A stretch of 57,446 bases of DNA, filler included, from Basidiobolus ranarum (taxonomy: Eukaryota): the NCBI GenBank assembly GCA_040143965.1. It is 6 parts of 6 records of this genome, joined end to end, with 100 filler letters (N's around TTAATTAATTAA, not from the genome) between each part and the next. Parts side by side here need not be neighbours in the genome. Positions count along the whole stretch, not along the records: positions 38,383 to 47,869 come from JASJQH010007696.1; positions 47,970 to 57,446 come from JASJQH010007697.1; 4 more parts are not named here. One strand, given 5' to 3'. Each line of letters opens with the position of its first letter. Within the stretch, counting starts at the first letter, position 1. This document shows positions 40,974-53,898 of this stretch, in pieces. The translations under genes were made by a program, and so were the position numbers. Below the pieces are notes generated by a model. It worked only from the letters and a program-made list of their open reading frames with translations. It did not search any database and had not been told where the DNA came from.

Positions 40974-43790
40974 ATGGCTCAAGTGAGTAAACTCTACAGT
41001 GGTCTTTTCTTTGTTAAATTAGCCCCAATTTTTCTGATTTTTTTCTATTATTCTCCTAATGAAGCAGTGGCCTACAGACGTTGAAATCCCTCCTCAACTT
41101 AACGTGGAGACATGTCCACTTTGTCCACCAGAGAACCATACGAGTATCTCTTGGACTGGACGAATAGAAACCTGGTTACAGTGCGATGTATGTGAAGTAT
41201 GGTATCACGCGGCTTGTTTAAAACTCAAAGAAGAGGAGTGTGAACGGTTTGATCAATATCATTGTCCGAACTGTGTGCCGTCGCATGGATCTAGTACTTG
41301 TAAGTTTACTCTAATTTGACTTGAGTTTATTACGTGACAAATATTTGTCACTTGAGGGAGATTTCCTAGTAAACTGAATAGGTTTCTTTCTTTCTACATG
41401 GGAATTTTTGGGTTTTCTTTAACTATAGTCGTGTCCTGAACCAACATCACTAAACTGAATAACTCCATCTTCACTTTTAGACAAGAAACAAAAAAGAAAA
41501 TCTTCACGGGAACATTCTAACGTTAACTATGCTGCACTGGATAATGGCTTACCTTCAAACCAAAATATCTACGTAAAATCATTAAAAAACAAAAAGTTTG
41601 CTGCTGAAAACTTTCAACGTGTTGATGGAAGTATTCTAACTCTTGACTGGGTTCGAATTAATGGTCTTGATGAGCCTATCATTATAGAAGATAAAGAAGG
41701 TTTAGACATGACCATGCCTAGACCCTCCATTACTGTTTCCGACATCACACATATAATCGGTAAGTAGAAAGGAAGTTGACTTCTAAACATATGACTAATA
41801 TATGTGTGTAGGTGGCACCCGAGAGGTCAGTGTAATGGGTGAGCAAATATTATCTCCATTGGGTCTTGGAATATCTATTAAGGCTACTTTTTTCCAATTT
41901 CTGCTTAGATGTTGCTACACAATCAAACATCCCCGCTTGGACAATGCAACAGTGGTCAGATTATTTCAATCGGCCAGAAAAGGAACGCATTTTGAATGTG
42001 ATCAGTCTAGAGATTAGCGACACTGATTTAGCTTTGCAAATCAAACGACCTCGTATTGTGCGGTAAGTAGTCGGGTCGCATGATTCTGATGCCATGGCAC
42101 AGTTTAACGTCTAAGATGTTGATGCAGTGAGCTAGATTGGACGGACCATGTTTGGCCCAGCGAACTAAAGAAGAGGAACGAGTACCCTAAGGTGCAGTTG
42201 TACTGTTTAATGAGCGTCAAGGATAGTTTCACTGATTTGTAAGTCTCGTTGGCGTGTATTGCATGCTTTCCCACTGAGCTCATTCTCTTTCTTAACAGCC
42301 ACATAGACTTTGGAGGTTCCTCCGTAAGCTAGTCTTCACCACGTTTAATGCGAGCATGGGTCTGACATCAACTCGATTTAGGTTTTTTATCACATTCTAT
42401 CGGGGGAGAAGATCTTTTATTTTATAGAGCCCAGTCAGAGCAACCTTCGCAAGTATGAAAAGTGGAGTAGCTCTGTCGATCAAGCAACAACCTTCCTCGG
42501 AGACCAAGTCAAAAAGTGTCACAAGGTGCACCTCTATCCAGGAAACACCATGTAAGCACCTCGTATCTCTCTCTACACCCCCTCCATCTCTCAAACCAAG
42601 TCACTTTAGGATCATTCCCACTGGCTGGATTCATGCAGTGCATACACCAGAGGACTCCATTGTTGTTGGCGGTAACTTCCTTCATGGAATTAACATTGAT
42701 CTTCAACTAGCAGTATACGGAATTGAAAAGAGGACGAAGGTGGCGACGAAATTCCGATTCCCATATTTTGAAGATATGTGCTGGTATTCGGGAAAATATT
42801 ACTATGATCTTCTTCGAGGTAGCTCATTCCAGCCAACTTTATTGCATGACATGTTAGTGAACCTTGTCCCCTCTAGGAAAAGAATCGATCATCTCGCTTC
42901 GGGAACTGGATGGGTTGAAGAAGCTTGCCGAGTTTTTGGAGTCGCAAGTTCGAAAGCTTGACACCAATCTTTCTGATGACGAAAAAGTACAGATCGAAGC
43001 ACATATCCCTTCATCCATTAAAGATCCACTTAATTTGGCTATTAGTTTAGGAAGGAAAGTGATTAGTCGACAATATGGGGATATTAGTTCCGAATCCGAA
43101 TCCTCTTCCGAAGAGCCAGATTCGAACCAACCTCCCTTAAAATTGAGAATTGTATTGAATGAAACCAAAAAACCCGTCTCGGAAAAAAGGCACTCACACG
43201 AAAGTGATTCCTCTACTTCATCCATATCTTTATCCTCCGTTTCTCCTCGCGAGTCAAATATCGAAAAGAACCATCAACACTCGCCAAAGAACGCGGATAC
43301 TGACAAAGCACGTCTTATCTTGAAACTCAAATCTCCTCAAAAGCCTCATAAATATAAGCACCGTTTAGAGTCAAACGGACATAGGAAGGAAGCTTTTAGT
43401 GAAAGCGATAGCGATAGTGGTTCTCAAAGCAGTGATAGCAGTAGTAGTAGTGGAAGCCACTCATCTTCTGGTTCTTCCCCTCGCATTCCCTCTCATCGTC
43501 CGGACTCTACGAAAACCATGAAACACAGTCCTTCAGGTAACTCCTCCGAAGACAGTCATCAGGGGAAATCCAATAAACAACCTCGCGAAAGAACTCAATA
43601 CAGTTACAAGTCACCGCGACACGAGCTTCCAAATGGTAATGGCAATAGACTTCCTGAGCCGGAAGAACAGGATTCCGAACAGTATTCTTCAGATGAGCAA
43701 CTTTTTTCCTATTCCAGAGAAAGAAAGGGATCTAGTCTTGAGCGGTTAAGTAAACTCATCAATACAAATACCTTGAAACGTCACAAATAA
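40974..43790 (+). CDS. JHD1: PHD + JmjC histone demethylase (JHD1/KDM2 family), multi-exon, Ser-rich C-terminal tail
   Basis: [100 protein letters not shown]. Confidence 0.92.
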
Positions 43791-44022
43791 TGGTTTCCTT
43801 GTATATATAAATATATGTATGTAACGAGATATGTATCGAGACGAAAAGAATCCAATCCCCCTAGTTTTGTCTTTGGAATTGATTTACTATGTTGAAATGG
43901 TAATTTTCTATCATTCGATTTGTAAAAGCCATGTTTATTTAATTTTGTTTACAATTTGCTCAGTGAACAGTGAATTTTACATATGTACTGATCAAAACTA
44001 CCAAGGAAATAATATATAATCA

Positions 44023-46755
44023 TTAAACAACAAGTTTACGCCATTCGTGTAGATATTCTCTAAGAGTTCTTCCATTTTGTTCGACAATAGATCCTATTTC
44101 TCCATTATAGAGTGCATTTCTAATGGAACATGTTCAGTAAAACTTCTATTTGGGAGATGAATGGAGGGGTGAAGGGATGTACTCTACCTTTCTTTACTCA
44201 GTTGTAATAACATCTTGTGAGACTTGATAAGTTGAGGGTATTCATCTAATCGACGGGCAATTCTAGTCAATTCTTCGTCAGACGCTTGATCTCCCCGAGA
44301 AACGGCGTAATCTTCATGGTATAAAAGGGTTCATATTTTGAATTGTTTTCCAACCAGAGTGAAGAACTTACCTTTCAGACTTCTAACAGTTTGCAATATA
44401 TTGAGGGAACCGTCATCCGAAGAGGTATCAACCAGACCACTAGGGCAGTCTTCAGATAAAATCATTTAGATATGGATGAGTAGATGTAAATGCAAGTGTA
44501 AAGTCCAACCTAATTTCTCCAATTCGTAATCCCATAGTGATTTGAAGTTTTCATTGTAAGTAGTGAAGTGTCTCAGTACTGTTTTCGTTTTCCAGACTAA
44601 AGAATTTCAATCATTAGTCAAATTGTTTAAACTCAAGAATGACTCTTCTCAGGATTACCTTCGTTAATTTGAGTCGACAGGAATTCCAAGATAGATTCAG
44701 CTCCCTATACAAACAGTTATTGAGCATTTTGTACCCGCGGGAATGAAATTTATCAAGATGTACCATGTATGGAGGACAGCCTAGGGTATTTTTTAGATTT
44801 AGGATGAATGGATCTTGACTAATTCGATGAATTGTAAGGTTAAGTGATTTCCTAAAGAAAAGTAGTTTATATCATGTGTTAATAGAGTCTCTGAAATGGT
44901 ATAGTTTAGGAGTCTTACCCGTCTACGGAGGCACCGTCAGTAGGTAGATTCACATTTCCAAAGGTAGCGCAATCGTTAATGCTAAAGTTCTTCAATCGAC
45001 TAATAGTGCCATTAAACCTTTCTTTCATTGGTTCTATTTTATCTTGGGAAAATTCCGAAAACTACGAAATTCATTCATACATTAGTAACAATAAAAGACA
45101 AGCACTGTGTATTGAAGGCCCTACTTTTTGCAATTGCTCCATAGTGGTCACGCGATATTGCAAATTGTTCCTCGCTAGGGTTTGGAGAGCTAAGCATTTC
45201 AAATCCTTCATGATAAAGCAGGTTAGCTACTTCCACGGCCGATATTCCCTAAATACAACTTACTATTTCTTTGGCTTCAATTTGAATATCTCTGCGCTGC
45301 TCTTCAAGGTTAGAGGAAGCCTCCAAATATGTGGTCTCCTCATCACGAGCAACTTGAAGTGCGTCTTGGATTGCATTTTGCGCAACAATTGCTGACTGAT
45401 ATTCTGTTTTGGCCTTGATTAGATCACTTACTAAGCTGCCAATATCATCAGTGAAAGTATTTGCTATATCAGCATCCAGCTCACTGTATTTTTTAGCAAT
45501 AATCTGCTTTTGTTCTTCGACGGTATTCAACATATCCTCAATTTCAACAAATTTGCTCATCTGCTCTTCATGACAGTGCTCCAACATGCCATTCAAATTA
45601 GGGATATTGGCCTCATTCAACTCTGAAATCCACACAGCTCCTAGTTGCTTGAGCTCCGTGTATCCTTCTTTGATAGAGCTCATGATGTATCGAAGAAATT
45701 CAACTGGAGGGGTGGAACTTACGAGAGCCTCAAGGCGCTGATTCACCTCCTCAAGATTAGAACTTTCACCTTTACGAATGATCTCTTGAGTCATCTGTGA
45801 CATGCTAAGACAAATCTCACGAACTCCTTCCACATATTCCTTATGTTCCATTAGTTTATCTTGATCCATTCTAGTGATTTCCTTGATTAAATTCTCATAG
45901 TTTTCGGTGATTTTTTGGAACTTCTTCAAATGACTAATATAGTATTCCTTGAGGCAGAGTTGAATTTTCTTCTGCTTCAACTTGAACTGAACTTGACTAA
46001 TTTTCGACTCTAAAGATCATTGAAATAAAGTTAAAAGGAGATATTCGATAGGAAAGAGGGTTCATCATTAGTTTGTGAATACTTACCTATATCTTTTAAT
46101 CTTAAAATACTTTTCTTACAACGTTCAGTTTTTTCTTGGTTTCGTTTCTCTAAACCAACAGTAGTTTCATCCAAGTTCTTGGAAATGACTAGATTTCTTA
46201 ATGAAAGTGACTTGGACACTTGATGTTCTTCTTTTGAGCTGTGTTCTGCACCACTATGTCTGATCCAAACCATTTAGTATGAAATGTTAGTGTAAAAACT
46301 TGAACAACTATAAATATATACCTTGCAAGAACTTTTCGAACATGCTGAACTTTCCTATAAAGTAAGATGAGTGTTTGCTACTCTAACAGGAAGACGATAA
46401 AAAATTGAAAAATACCTTCTGGAAGTAACATGGTTTACCAAATATTGAAAAATTGGAATCAATTGGTTTCGACATAAGCTAAATATAAATGTTCAAAGTA
46501 AGTTTTTCTTTCCTTTAAAGAAGTTTCGTTCGGAATTCTCTCTTTTCTCTTTATCTTCTCTTTATGGTTAAAAACTTACGGTTGTAATTCGGCTTCACTT
46601 GTCTCATTCTTATCCGAAGTTAAACTTAAGTTAACCGTACGTTTATATCCAAGTTCATGTTGTGCCCATATCGATAACTGTTGTGAGAGTTCTTGTGGAG
46701 TTTTACCTTCGGTAGGAAAAGTAACCCCTACTTTATGGCTGGTTTGAGTTGACAT
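44023..46755 (-). CDS. Coiled-coil protein, augmin subunit 5 (HAUS5)-like, multi-exon
   Basis: Spliced N-terminus QLSIWAQHELGY..ELQP|LCRNQLIPIFQYLVNHVTSR|RKVQHVRKVL resembles the HAUS5 N-terminal pattern (WA.eEmG..LC....iw.yl..HV.s.r.V..iR); long heptad-rich ORF 45249-45980. Confidence 0.65.
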
Positions 46756-47224
46756 GATAAAATCGATACTTCTATTGTGAATGTATGCGTATATGCGTAG
46801 GCTAAAAATAATACAACTTTAACTACCTACTAGAGTAAGTTGGTTATGGAAATTAGGACACTCTTTACAATATCAACATAGAATCGATAATTTTCGAAAA
46901 CAAAACAAACTCCCCTTGCTTTTTAGGTTTAGCCAATCCCTGTCATTGTAGGGAAATGCTAGTTACCATAAATCATCACCAGATCATTTAATCGGGTATC
47001 GTCATTAACTAGTAACCGGAATTCACCAATCATTCCAGTAAAGAAAATGGATTAGCATATCAATGTATTTAATTAACCAAGTGGATTGATTTAAATTTAG
47101 TGGTATGCTTGTCTAACACTATGTAAGTGTGTAAAATTTCCTTTTTATACTTGAGAATGATTGTAGTAGACTAGTAATAATGCTAATTTGTGAATATATC
47201 ATAATCCAGCATTGCAACTTCTAG

Positions 47225-47869
47225 AGTTAATCAATTTCCAAGACACCAGTGTGATTTAATGTCTTCTCCTGGCATCATCTTTGAGTTGACAAATTGTCTT
47301 ACTAGAAACATCTTGTTGGCAGCAGAACATGTTTGGTAGGTGTCTTCCAAAGCTTTCCATACCTTCTTGGCAGCTTTGGCTCTTGAATGTTGAACTAGCA
47401 ATTTGTCTTTAACATTAAGACAAATTGTGTTAAAGGTGTTAAAGTATTTGAGAGCCTGTTGGAAGTGGTTTGGAGAATTAGAGGAATTGGTGGTTTTCAC
47501 TTATTAATTTATTGAGTAGAAAGTTGACATCTATAGTTTTGTCAAGATATAAACAAACAAATGTGTAGAATGTGTTAAGGAAGGTCCCAGGAACATGTGT
47601 GCAAAGTTTGGGGCTTCTAGCACAAGTTTGAAAAATCTATATATCTGAGAACTTCTAAGTTGGTATGAATATATTAAGTAAATTCTGATTAAGAATAATG
47701 GATAATATCTTAGTGAATTATAAAATAACTAAGTACTAAGCTATATATTACTGGGAAAATATGGGCTGTTTAGAGGAACTTTAGAAAAGTGGAGTTGTGA
47801 ATAGCTTTGTGAGATAATTGTTTATTGTCCAGAAATAAAGCATTTATACTTTTTGGAGGAAATACAGAA
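47225..47869 (-). mobile_element. Ty1/copia gag fragment with flanking degenerate repeat DNA
   Basis: AKKVWKALEDTYQTCSAANKMFLVRQFVNSKMMPGEDIKSH is a copia gag (UBN2-type) pattern; essentially no CpG in this stretch. Confidence 0.75.
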
Positions 47870-47969
47870 NNNNNNNNNNNNNNNNNNNNNNNNNNNNNNN
47901 NNNNNNNNNNNNNTTAATTAATTAANNNNNNNNNNNNNNNNNNNNNNNNNNNNNNNNNNNNNNNNNNNN
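47870..47969. other. Artificial contig spacer
   Basis: 100-nt N run with TTAATTAATTAA. Confidence 0.97.
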
Positions 47970-48425
47970 TATCTCTACCATAATGCGAGGAACTAACACT
48001 CGTCAAGATTATGTAGCTGAGAATAGAATAGTGCAGAGTCTCAGAGAGGCACATCGGCCTTAAAATAGACAAAAAAGACGCGGCTGAATATACCATCACT
48101 AATTGGAGATTAGCCACGAATAAATACAAATTTCACATGCTTGATCTTCAACTGTGAAAAATACAACCCGATTCGAGGAATTGACATGAATAATCCTGGA
48201 TTTAAGGACTAGCTTTATTGTAGCTGCTAATAGATTTTTAGTGAACAGTAATGCTTCTGATTCCGTCGTATCACCACTGCTCGGACCGAAATTCCAAGTA
48301 AGAAATATTTTATTTAATATGATATTAGCTAGAAATAGAAAGATGTTCATTGATTCTATAATGATGATTCAAAGAATCTTGCTTAGTCAGGTATTTGTCC
48401 ATTGTTCTGTGAATGTGTGAGATGC

Positions 48426-48920
48426 TTATAATTGTTGCATAATGGCGAGAATCCCAGTAAACAATACTGCCCCTAAGTTTACTTCAGCTTGAGAGATAGC
48501 ATTGGAACTGTTGTAAGGAGAAGGTCCGTTACTTCTGACTGGTGTTCCGGCAGCACTAGGGCTGGTCACCCCAGTTGCAGGGAGGCTTGATGAAGGAGCA
48601 CTGGTCACTATAGATGTAATAGCGCTGCTGGCAACTGAGGGAGTGGACAAAGCAGATGTTACAGCAATGCTAGAAATCGATGGAGTAGAAAGAGCACTTG
48701 GTGAGGCACTCACGTTAAGAGAAGATGTTTCGGGAAGCCCAGAAGACACGGAAGCAGAAGGTGATGCCTGCGGTAAAGCGGATTCGGAGACTGTAGCAGA
48801 AGTAACAGGTGAAGCATTGGTAGAGGCTAAGCTACTTGATGGTGCTGTAGATGCACTCTGGGCAAAGACATCATAACTGCATGAAAGCAAAACAACCAGT
48901 GTAATACTGTAGAAGCGCAT
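48426..48920 (-). CDS. Ser/Thr/Ala-rich secreted, probably GPI-anchored cell-surface protein (164 aa)
   Basis: Signal peptide MRFYSITLVVLLSCSYDVFA, low-complexity body with repeated SALSTPS, SSNA omega-like site and hydrophobic tail LGAVLFTGILAIMQQL. Confidence 0.8.
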   Translation of the reverse strand: MRFYSITLVVLLSCSYDVFAQSASTAPSSSLASTNASPVTSATVSESALPQASPSASVSSGLPETSSLNVSASPSALSTPSISSIAVTSALSTPSVASSAITSIVTSAPSSSLPATGVTSPSAAGTPVRSNGPSPYNSSNAISQAEVNLGAVLFTGILAIMQQL

Positions 48921-49905
48921 TTTGAAGTAGATATTGATAACGGAGAAGAGGTGTAGGCTATGTTGAACACTGATTCTCTCGCTTACTTTTATCCTTGCTC
49001 GCAAAGTCGGAGCATATAAATGAATTTCACTTGCTAGTCCACTGTAGCATTGTATGCTCATGTACCTGTCACGGAAACATGGATCCTATTAGAGTGTTGC
49101 ATATAGCCAAGTAGTGTATGACGTTATTGCTGCTGGTCAATTGTAATGAGATGGTACCTTTCCATCATTTTGAATGTGTCAGTAAGCAGGGGGACCGCCT
49201 TAAACAAGATCCGTATCCCATTTCACGGTCCATCGACTCATCGTAGATTAACTCTACATTACAATATTAGACAAAAGCGAAAGGGTAAAAGGGCACAGGC
49301 TACTTACCTATATGTAAAGACCCAGTACTGATGATGATTTTGTTACTTTAAAAGTATAAAAATTGAACTGCTGGGATGATGCAAGTAAGATGCCAGAGTG
49401 ATAAGGGTTTTCAGTTGGAATAAGGTGATACTTCTCAATTGAGAGATGATTCTTCATCTCGTGAACATTCAATATGACTAGTTGAATGCGCTTGTTCAGA
49501 ATTTAGCTTGATGTCGTGGAAATTTTCTAAATTTAGTTACTATTTACCTATTAGTCAGGGACAGTACTAGTGTTACAACTCGACTATAGAAGGGCCCTGT
49601 TATGCCAAGAAAATTTCTTGACGAGAGTGATAAAATCCATCTAAACTATCTCGTACGATTCATTTCATGGGTATGGGCGGATTACCTTACAACGCGAGAA
49701 ATTAATGACGGCATAGAGTTAATTCAACTTTACGTTTTAACTTTTAATTCATCTCTACGAATGAGTACCCACGAAATACTGGAGATTACCCAATTTGAAC
49801 TACGGAGGGTATCGTTAGCAATAGTCATGTACAATCAACAACTCTTCAAATTGTATATATAGCGCTACAAAGTTACAATATGAGTACCTGTATCATATCA
49901 ATACA

Positions 49906-50244
49906 ATGCATATCAATTATTTGACCTTGACTTTGACCGCTCTTGCCACATCAGCAATTGCTCAGGAATCCATCCCCTCCTCCGTTGTTTCGAATGTCAG
50001 CAGTGTGGTTTCTTCTGTTACTCCTTCCAGCTCGAACAGTCTCGGTGACCCTAACCCTACCCAGTCAAGTAGTGTTGCTTCTGCCGAGCCAACTAACGAA
50101 TCCAGTGGCACCATCAGTCCAAGCTCTTCTGGAGGTCTACTACCTTCTACCACTCCTGGATCTTCTGCTAGACATTTGGAGGTTGGCCATGTCTCGATGG
50201 TTGTAGCAGCTATTGCTGGCGCAATAATCTCTCAACGTTTGTAG
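49906..50244 (+). CDS. Ser/Thr-rich secreted, probably GPI-anchored protein (112 aa)
   Basis: Signal peptide MHINYLTLTLTALATSAIA, Ser-rich body, GSSA omega-like site, hydrophobic tail; TATATA about 50 nt upstream. Confidence 0.8.
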   Translation: MHINYLTLTLTALATSAIAQESIPSSVVSNVSSVVSSVTPSSSNSLGDPNPTQSSSVASAEPTNESSGTISPSSSGGLLPSTTPGSSARHLEVGHVSMVVAAIAGAIISQRL

Positions 50245-50765
50245 ATTTCTCAAATTTTTGAAATCAATAGTAAATAAAGACATTCGGACATCATGATTGG
50301 CTTCTAAAATTAGATTCGATCGAATTTGATTCATGTAAATCCTATGAATTTTTGGTGTTACTTTATTTAATGTACAACCAATCATATATGGTTTTTGATA
50401 AGCAAATCAGTGGGTGGGCTGGAAGTGGAAATAAGAAAGTTTGCTTCACTTTTTATAGAAACATTAAAAATAGGGGTAAGTGTTAAGTAGATAGTGATGT
50501 ATAATTATACCTTGCTCTCAATTTTCTACCTCAATGGGGTGAAATCTCAATATAGAAAGAAGGATAAAAAAAGTGGTCTTTACAAAAGAACATCGTTAGA
50601 GAAAGAAAGGGGGAATAGAATAAAAAACAAGAAGTGGTGAATAAAAGTTCAACAAGTAGAATAGGAAACTCCAACGGGAAATTATATTCAATTAAAAATA
50701 GAGGGTTACATCGAAAATGTGTATTAAACCAAACCGACAAAAAGGTAAGAAGCGCGCACCATCGA

Positions 50766-52811
50766 CTAATGCTGGTCTATCCTTCGTTCAAGAGTTTCTA
50801 ACCGATCTACCAAGCCTTTGATCATCTCTTCATAGTCCCTAGTTTTCATGTCCGAGCTTACACCTTGACTTTTCACCACCCTCGTAAGATGCCCTTCTTT
50901 GTCTAACCTTGGATGGCTCAGAATAGGAGGAGGTGAAGGTAGTTCAGAGCTATCATCCCCTTCCGCAGTGGGTAGTTCAGGTCGTGAGCTAGATTCCTTA
51001 TGATTTTCGGTAGAAACATCTTGATTTAAGCCTTTGCTACGTTGCTGATCTACATAAAGCTGACGTTCCTCAATTCGATCCAAACGCTTTACTATATCTT
51101 CAATGGAAGCATCGTACTTCTCAATAAATTGACCCTGCATATCTCTGAAATGGCTTCTCACCAGACCTTCGATCATAGGACCAGATGCTTGTAAGGTTTG
51201 CAAAAGGGTCGTGGATTTACGTATTTGATCTTCTAATTGGACTTTCAATCCTCTCGCCGAGTCTACATTATCGAAAAGTGATTCAAATAATGACATGAAT
51301 TGCTGCTTTGATCCTAATTGATTGTTAGAAGGAGCTGTATGTGATATGGACTTTGATGGAGAGGTACGTTGTGGATACGTTTTGTTCGAGTAATAGGTAG
51401 CTTGCGAACTGTAGGGATGGGCAGTAACCGGGCGTGGAGGCACTGAAGGCTGGGGAATATTAACTGATGGATCTTGAGGTGGTGCGTTGGATTTAACTGT
51501 AGGTGTAGCGCCCATATAGCCAGGCGGATGATATGAGGATATACCACGAGTGTACCGAGAAGGGTCATAAGGGATCGCGGTATTTGGCGGAGCTAAACCT
51601 TGACCATTAATTCCCGAGTAAAGTTGTGCGCTCTGACTAGGATATATGCGAAGTCCAGAATTTCCCATAGTAGAATGGATTGGCGCGGATTTGGGTGCAC
51701 CTGTTGTCTCCTCGTAAGAGGGGGTGTAAATAGTTAAGTTACGAGTGTTTTTCCCACGAGTTAGGCCCGAAGATTTTGGTGGGATATCATGACCAACGTT
51801 AGTTTGGAGGTGGCGCATATAATGATGGCCATCAGAAATTGTTCCTTGAGGTTGAGCATTATGCTGTTGTTGCTTCTGTTGTCTATGAAGTGCACGGATA
51901 TGCTCAGTCACGTCCTCAACAACATGAGTTGATCCTCTATTATATTCCGTTGTGGCGGTAACCGTTGGCCCGGGCTTGTTGCCAGCAATTCCAGAGCTCA
52001 ACGGAGTTATGGGCCGTTTACGTTTACGTTCTTTGGAATCTCCGTCTAGCATACCAATAGGAGTGGCGGCATGGGATGGTGGAGAGTGTGAGGAAGAATG
52101 GTCAGAATCGTGGGGGAATCTATGATTAACCAGTTGACGAGCATAATCTTCAGAAATAGGACCCATTTTACGTGGTGGTATACCACCAGTACTAAGTCGA
52201 TCAAAAATGATAGAACGACGATCTAACACCTCTTCAATAGCCATTCCATTAAGAGATCTTACTCGACGCACTGTTTTGTCTAATTGTGGTGATCTGGATA
52301 AACGTGGAATATGAAATCCACTTGAATCAATCAGTTCTTCGGTTTTCACATGAACCTCTGTTTGCCCACTGTTCAGACCAGCCGATACGTGGATCTCGTC
52401 CTCTACTACCTCGATCGCTTCGTCAAGAGTAATATTGCGTAGGGGACCTAATATGTTCTTAGCCTCACCAGATTTGATCGACACTTCATCTAATCGGCAA
52501 AGCTCTACTAACATTTTCTCCCCTACCTGACGCGCTATTTCCTCCACAACGTGTGCCTCCACATAGATATCACCATTCCCTTCAGTGAGGACATATTGAG
52601 ATTTACCGTCTTTACAACTGTCCAAGACTTTAGTATTGTAAATGTAGCCAGCGGTGGTTTCGCAGAATATTTGATCAAGATCGCGTAGTTTTAAGTGAAA
52701 CGTGAAAGCTCTTCCAATGGAGTTTTTGAGTTGTAAAAAATGATAAAGACATAAGGGAAACCTTTGGTTTCGATACGTATAGGTTCCAAGGTGATACTTG
52801 ACCACTCTCAT
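50766..52811 (-). CDS. Uncharacterised 681-aa protein: globular N-terminus, disordered middle, C-terminal coiled coils
   Basis: Long intronless ORF; basic KERKRKRP (NLS-like); helical block KQQFMSLFESLFD..LEDQIRKSTTLLQTLQASGPMIEGLVRSHF. Confidence 0.85.
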   Translation of the reverse strand: MRVVKYHLGTYTYRNQRFPLCLYHFLQLKNSIGRAFTFHLKLRDLDQIFCETTAGYIYNTKVLDSCKDGKSQYVLTEGNGDIYVEAHVVEEIARQVGEKMLVELCRLDEVSIKSGEAKNILGPLRNITLDEAIEVVEDEIHVSAGLNSGQTEVHVKTEELIDSSGFHIPRLSRSPQLDKTVRRVRSLNGMAIEEVLDRRSIIFDRLSTGGIPPRKMGPISEDYARQLVNHRFPHDSDHSSSHSPPSHAATPIGMLDGDSKERKRKRPITPLSSGIAGNKPGPTVTATTEYNRGSTHVVEDVTEHIRALHRQQKQQQHNAQPQGTISDGHHYMRHLQTNVGHDIPPKSSGLTRGKNTRNLTIYTPSYEETTGAPKSAPIHSTMGNSGLRIYPSQSAQLYSGINGQGLAPPNTAIPYDPSRYTRGISSYHPPGYMGATPTVKSNAPPQDPSVNIPQPSVPPRPVTAHPYSSQATYYSNKTYPQRTSPSKSISHTAPSNNQLGSKQQFMSLFESLFDNVDSARGLKVQLEDQIRKSTTLLQTLQASGPMIEGLVRSHFRDMQGQFIEKYDASIEDIVKRLDRIEERQLYVDQQRSKGLNQDVSTENHKESSSRPELPTAEGDDSSELPSPPPILSHPRLDKEGHLTRVVKSQGVSSDMKTRDYEEMIKGLVDRLETLERRIDQH

Positions 52812-53898
52812 GACTTGAGAAGTTTAAAGTTTTTCAGTATTACTAGAGTTCTGTTGTTGTTTGTTGATAGGAATGAGTATGGATCTTTCTCGTTAGTCCT
52901 TCACGAATCGAAAATTGCAGCTGAATGAATGAAATGGCATAAACAAATCAAATAAGGGGTTTAGAGCAGCTCAAAAACAAAATGTACAATAAGTTTATCC
53001 AATTCCAAGATACCTATAGCGGAATTATACGCTGAGTAATGTGATAATAAAAAAGGAAACTTGTATACGACAGTAGGAACAAGAACGTGCAAGTCCAAGA
53101 AAGAAACTTTGGAGAGACACAACCGAAGGCCAAGTCGATAATGATAAGATTAAAATAAGTTAAATTGAGATGTTTAGGGAAATTAAGGGGAAATATGATG
53201 GTCAAAAAAAGAGAGATTTTATCCATTTGTGATGATTTAGAGAATTGGGAATAAATGGGGTAAGAATTAAATATCAGGAAATCAAGTTTACACAGTGTGT
53301 AAGCGAAAAAGGGTACACAACGCCAATGATGATAAAAATCCACGCTAAATTGAATTTAACTGATGGGGTTCAATGAAATTCCATGGAATTCTCAGGCCTA
53401 GTAAATAAAGAATGAATCCGTTAGTGTCACCGCCATAGGCCATGAGCCCATTCAAATGATCCTTATGCACCACTCCACCATTGTATCATTATATCACTCA
53501 AGGGCTAGTTCAATTATTCATCAACGTATGACTTGGCTACATTCTCCGATCTACTTGGCCCAAAAGCCTTAGCTTTCCCCTTCTCCGCTTCACGCAGTAA
53601 CAGAATATGGATTATTGGAGTTACAAAGGTTAGTAAGTCCCAATTCATCTCAATCTAGATAGATAAAGTATTCCAATCAGATATGTTTCTGAGGGAGCTT
53701 AAATTAAGTCACAGCGGTTAGCGCCAACTTTTTAAACTTGGGATGATGAGTTAAGGTTACCCAATGGTGAAGATAGGCATCGTTTCGGATTCGAATCAGC
53801 AGGCTAACAACACATGTTAAACAGAATCATGTCTATTCGGGAAACAATCAAGTAGATCATTCATTCTACTTGTTAGCCAGTTCATTATGTACAGAAAA

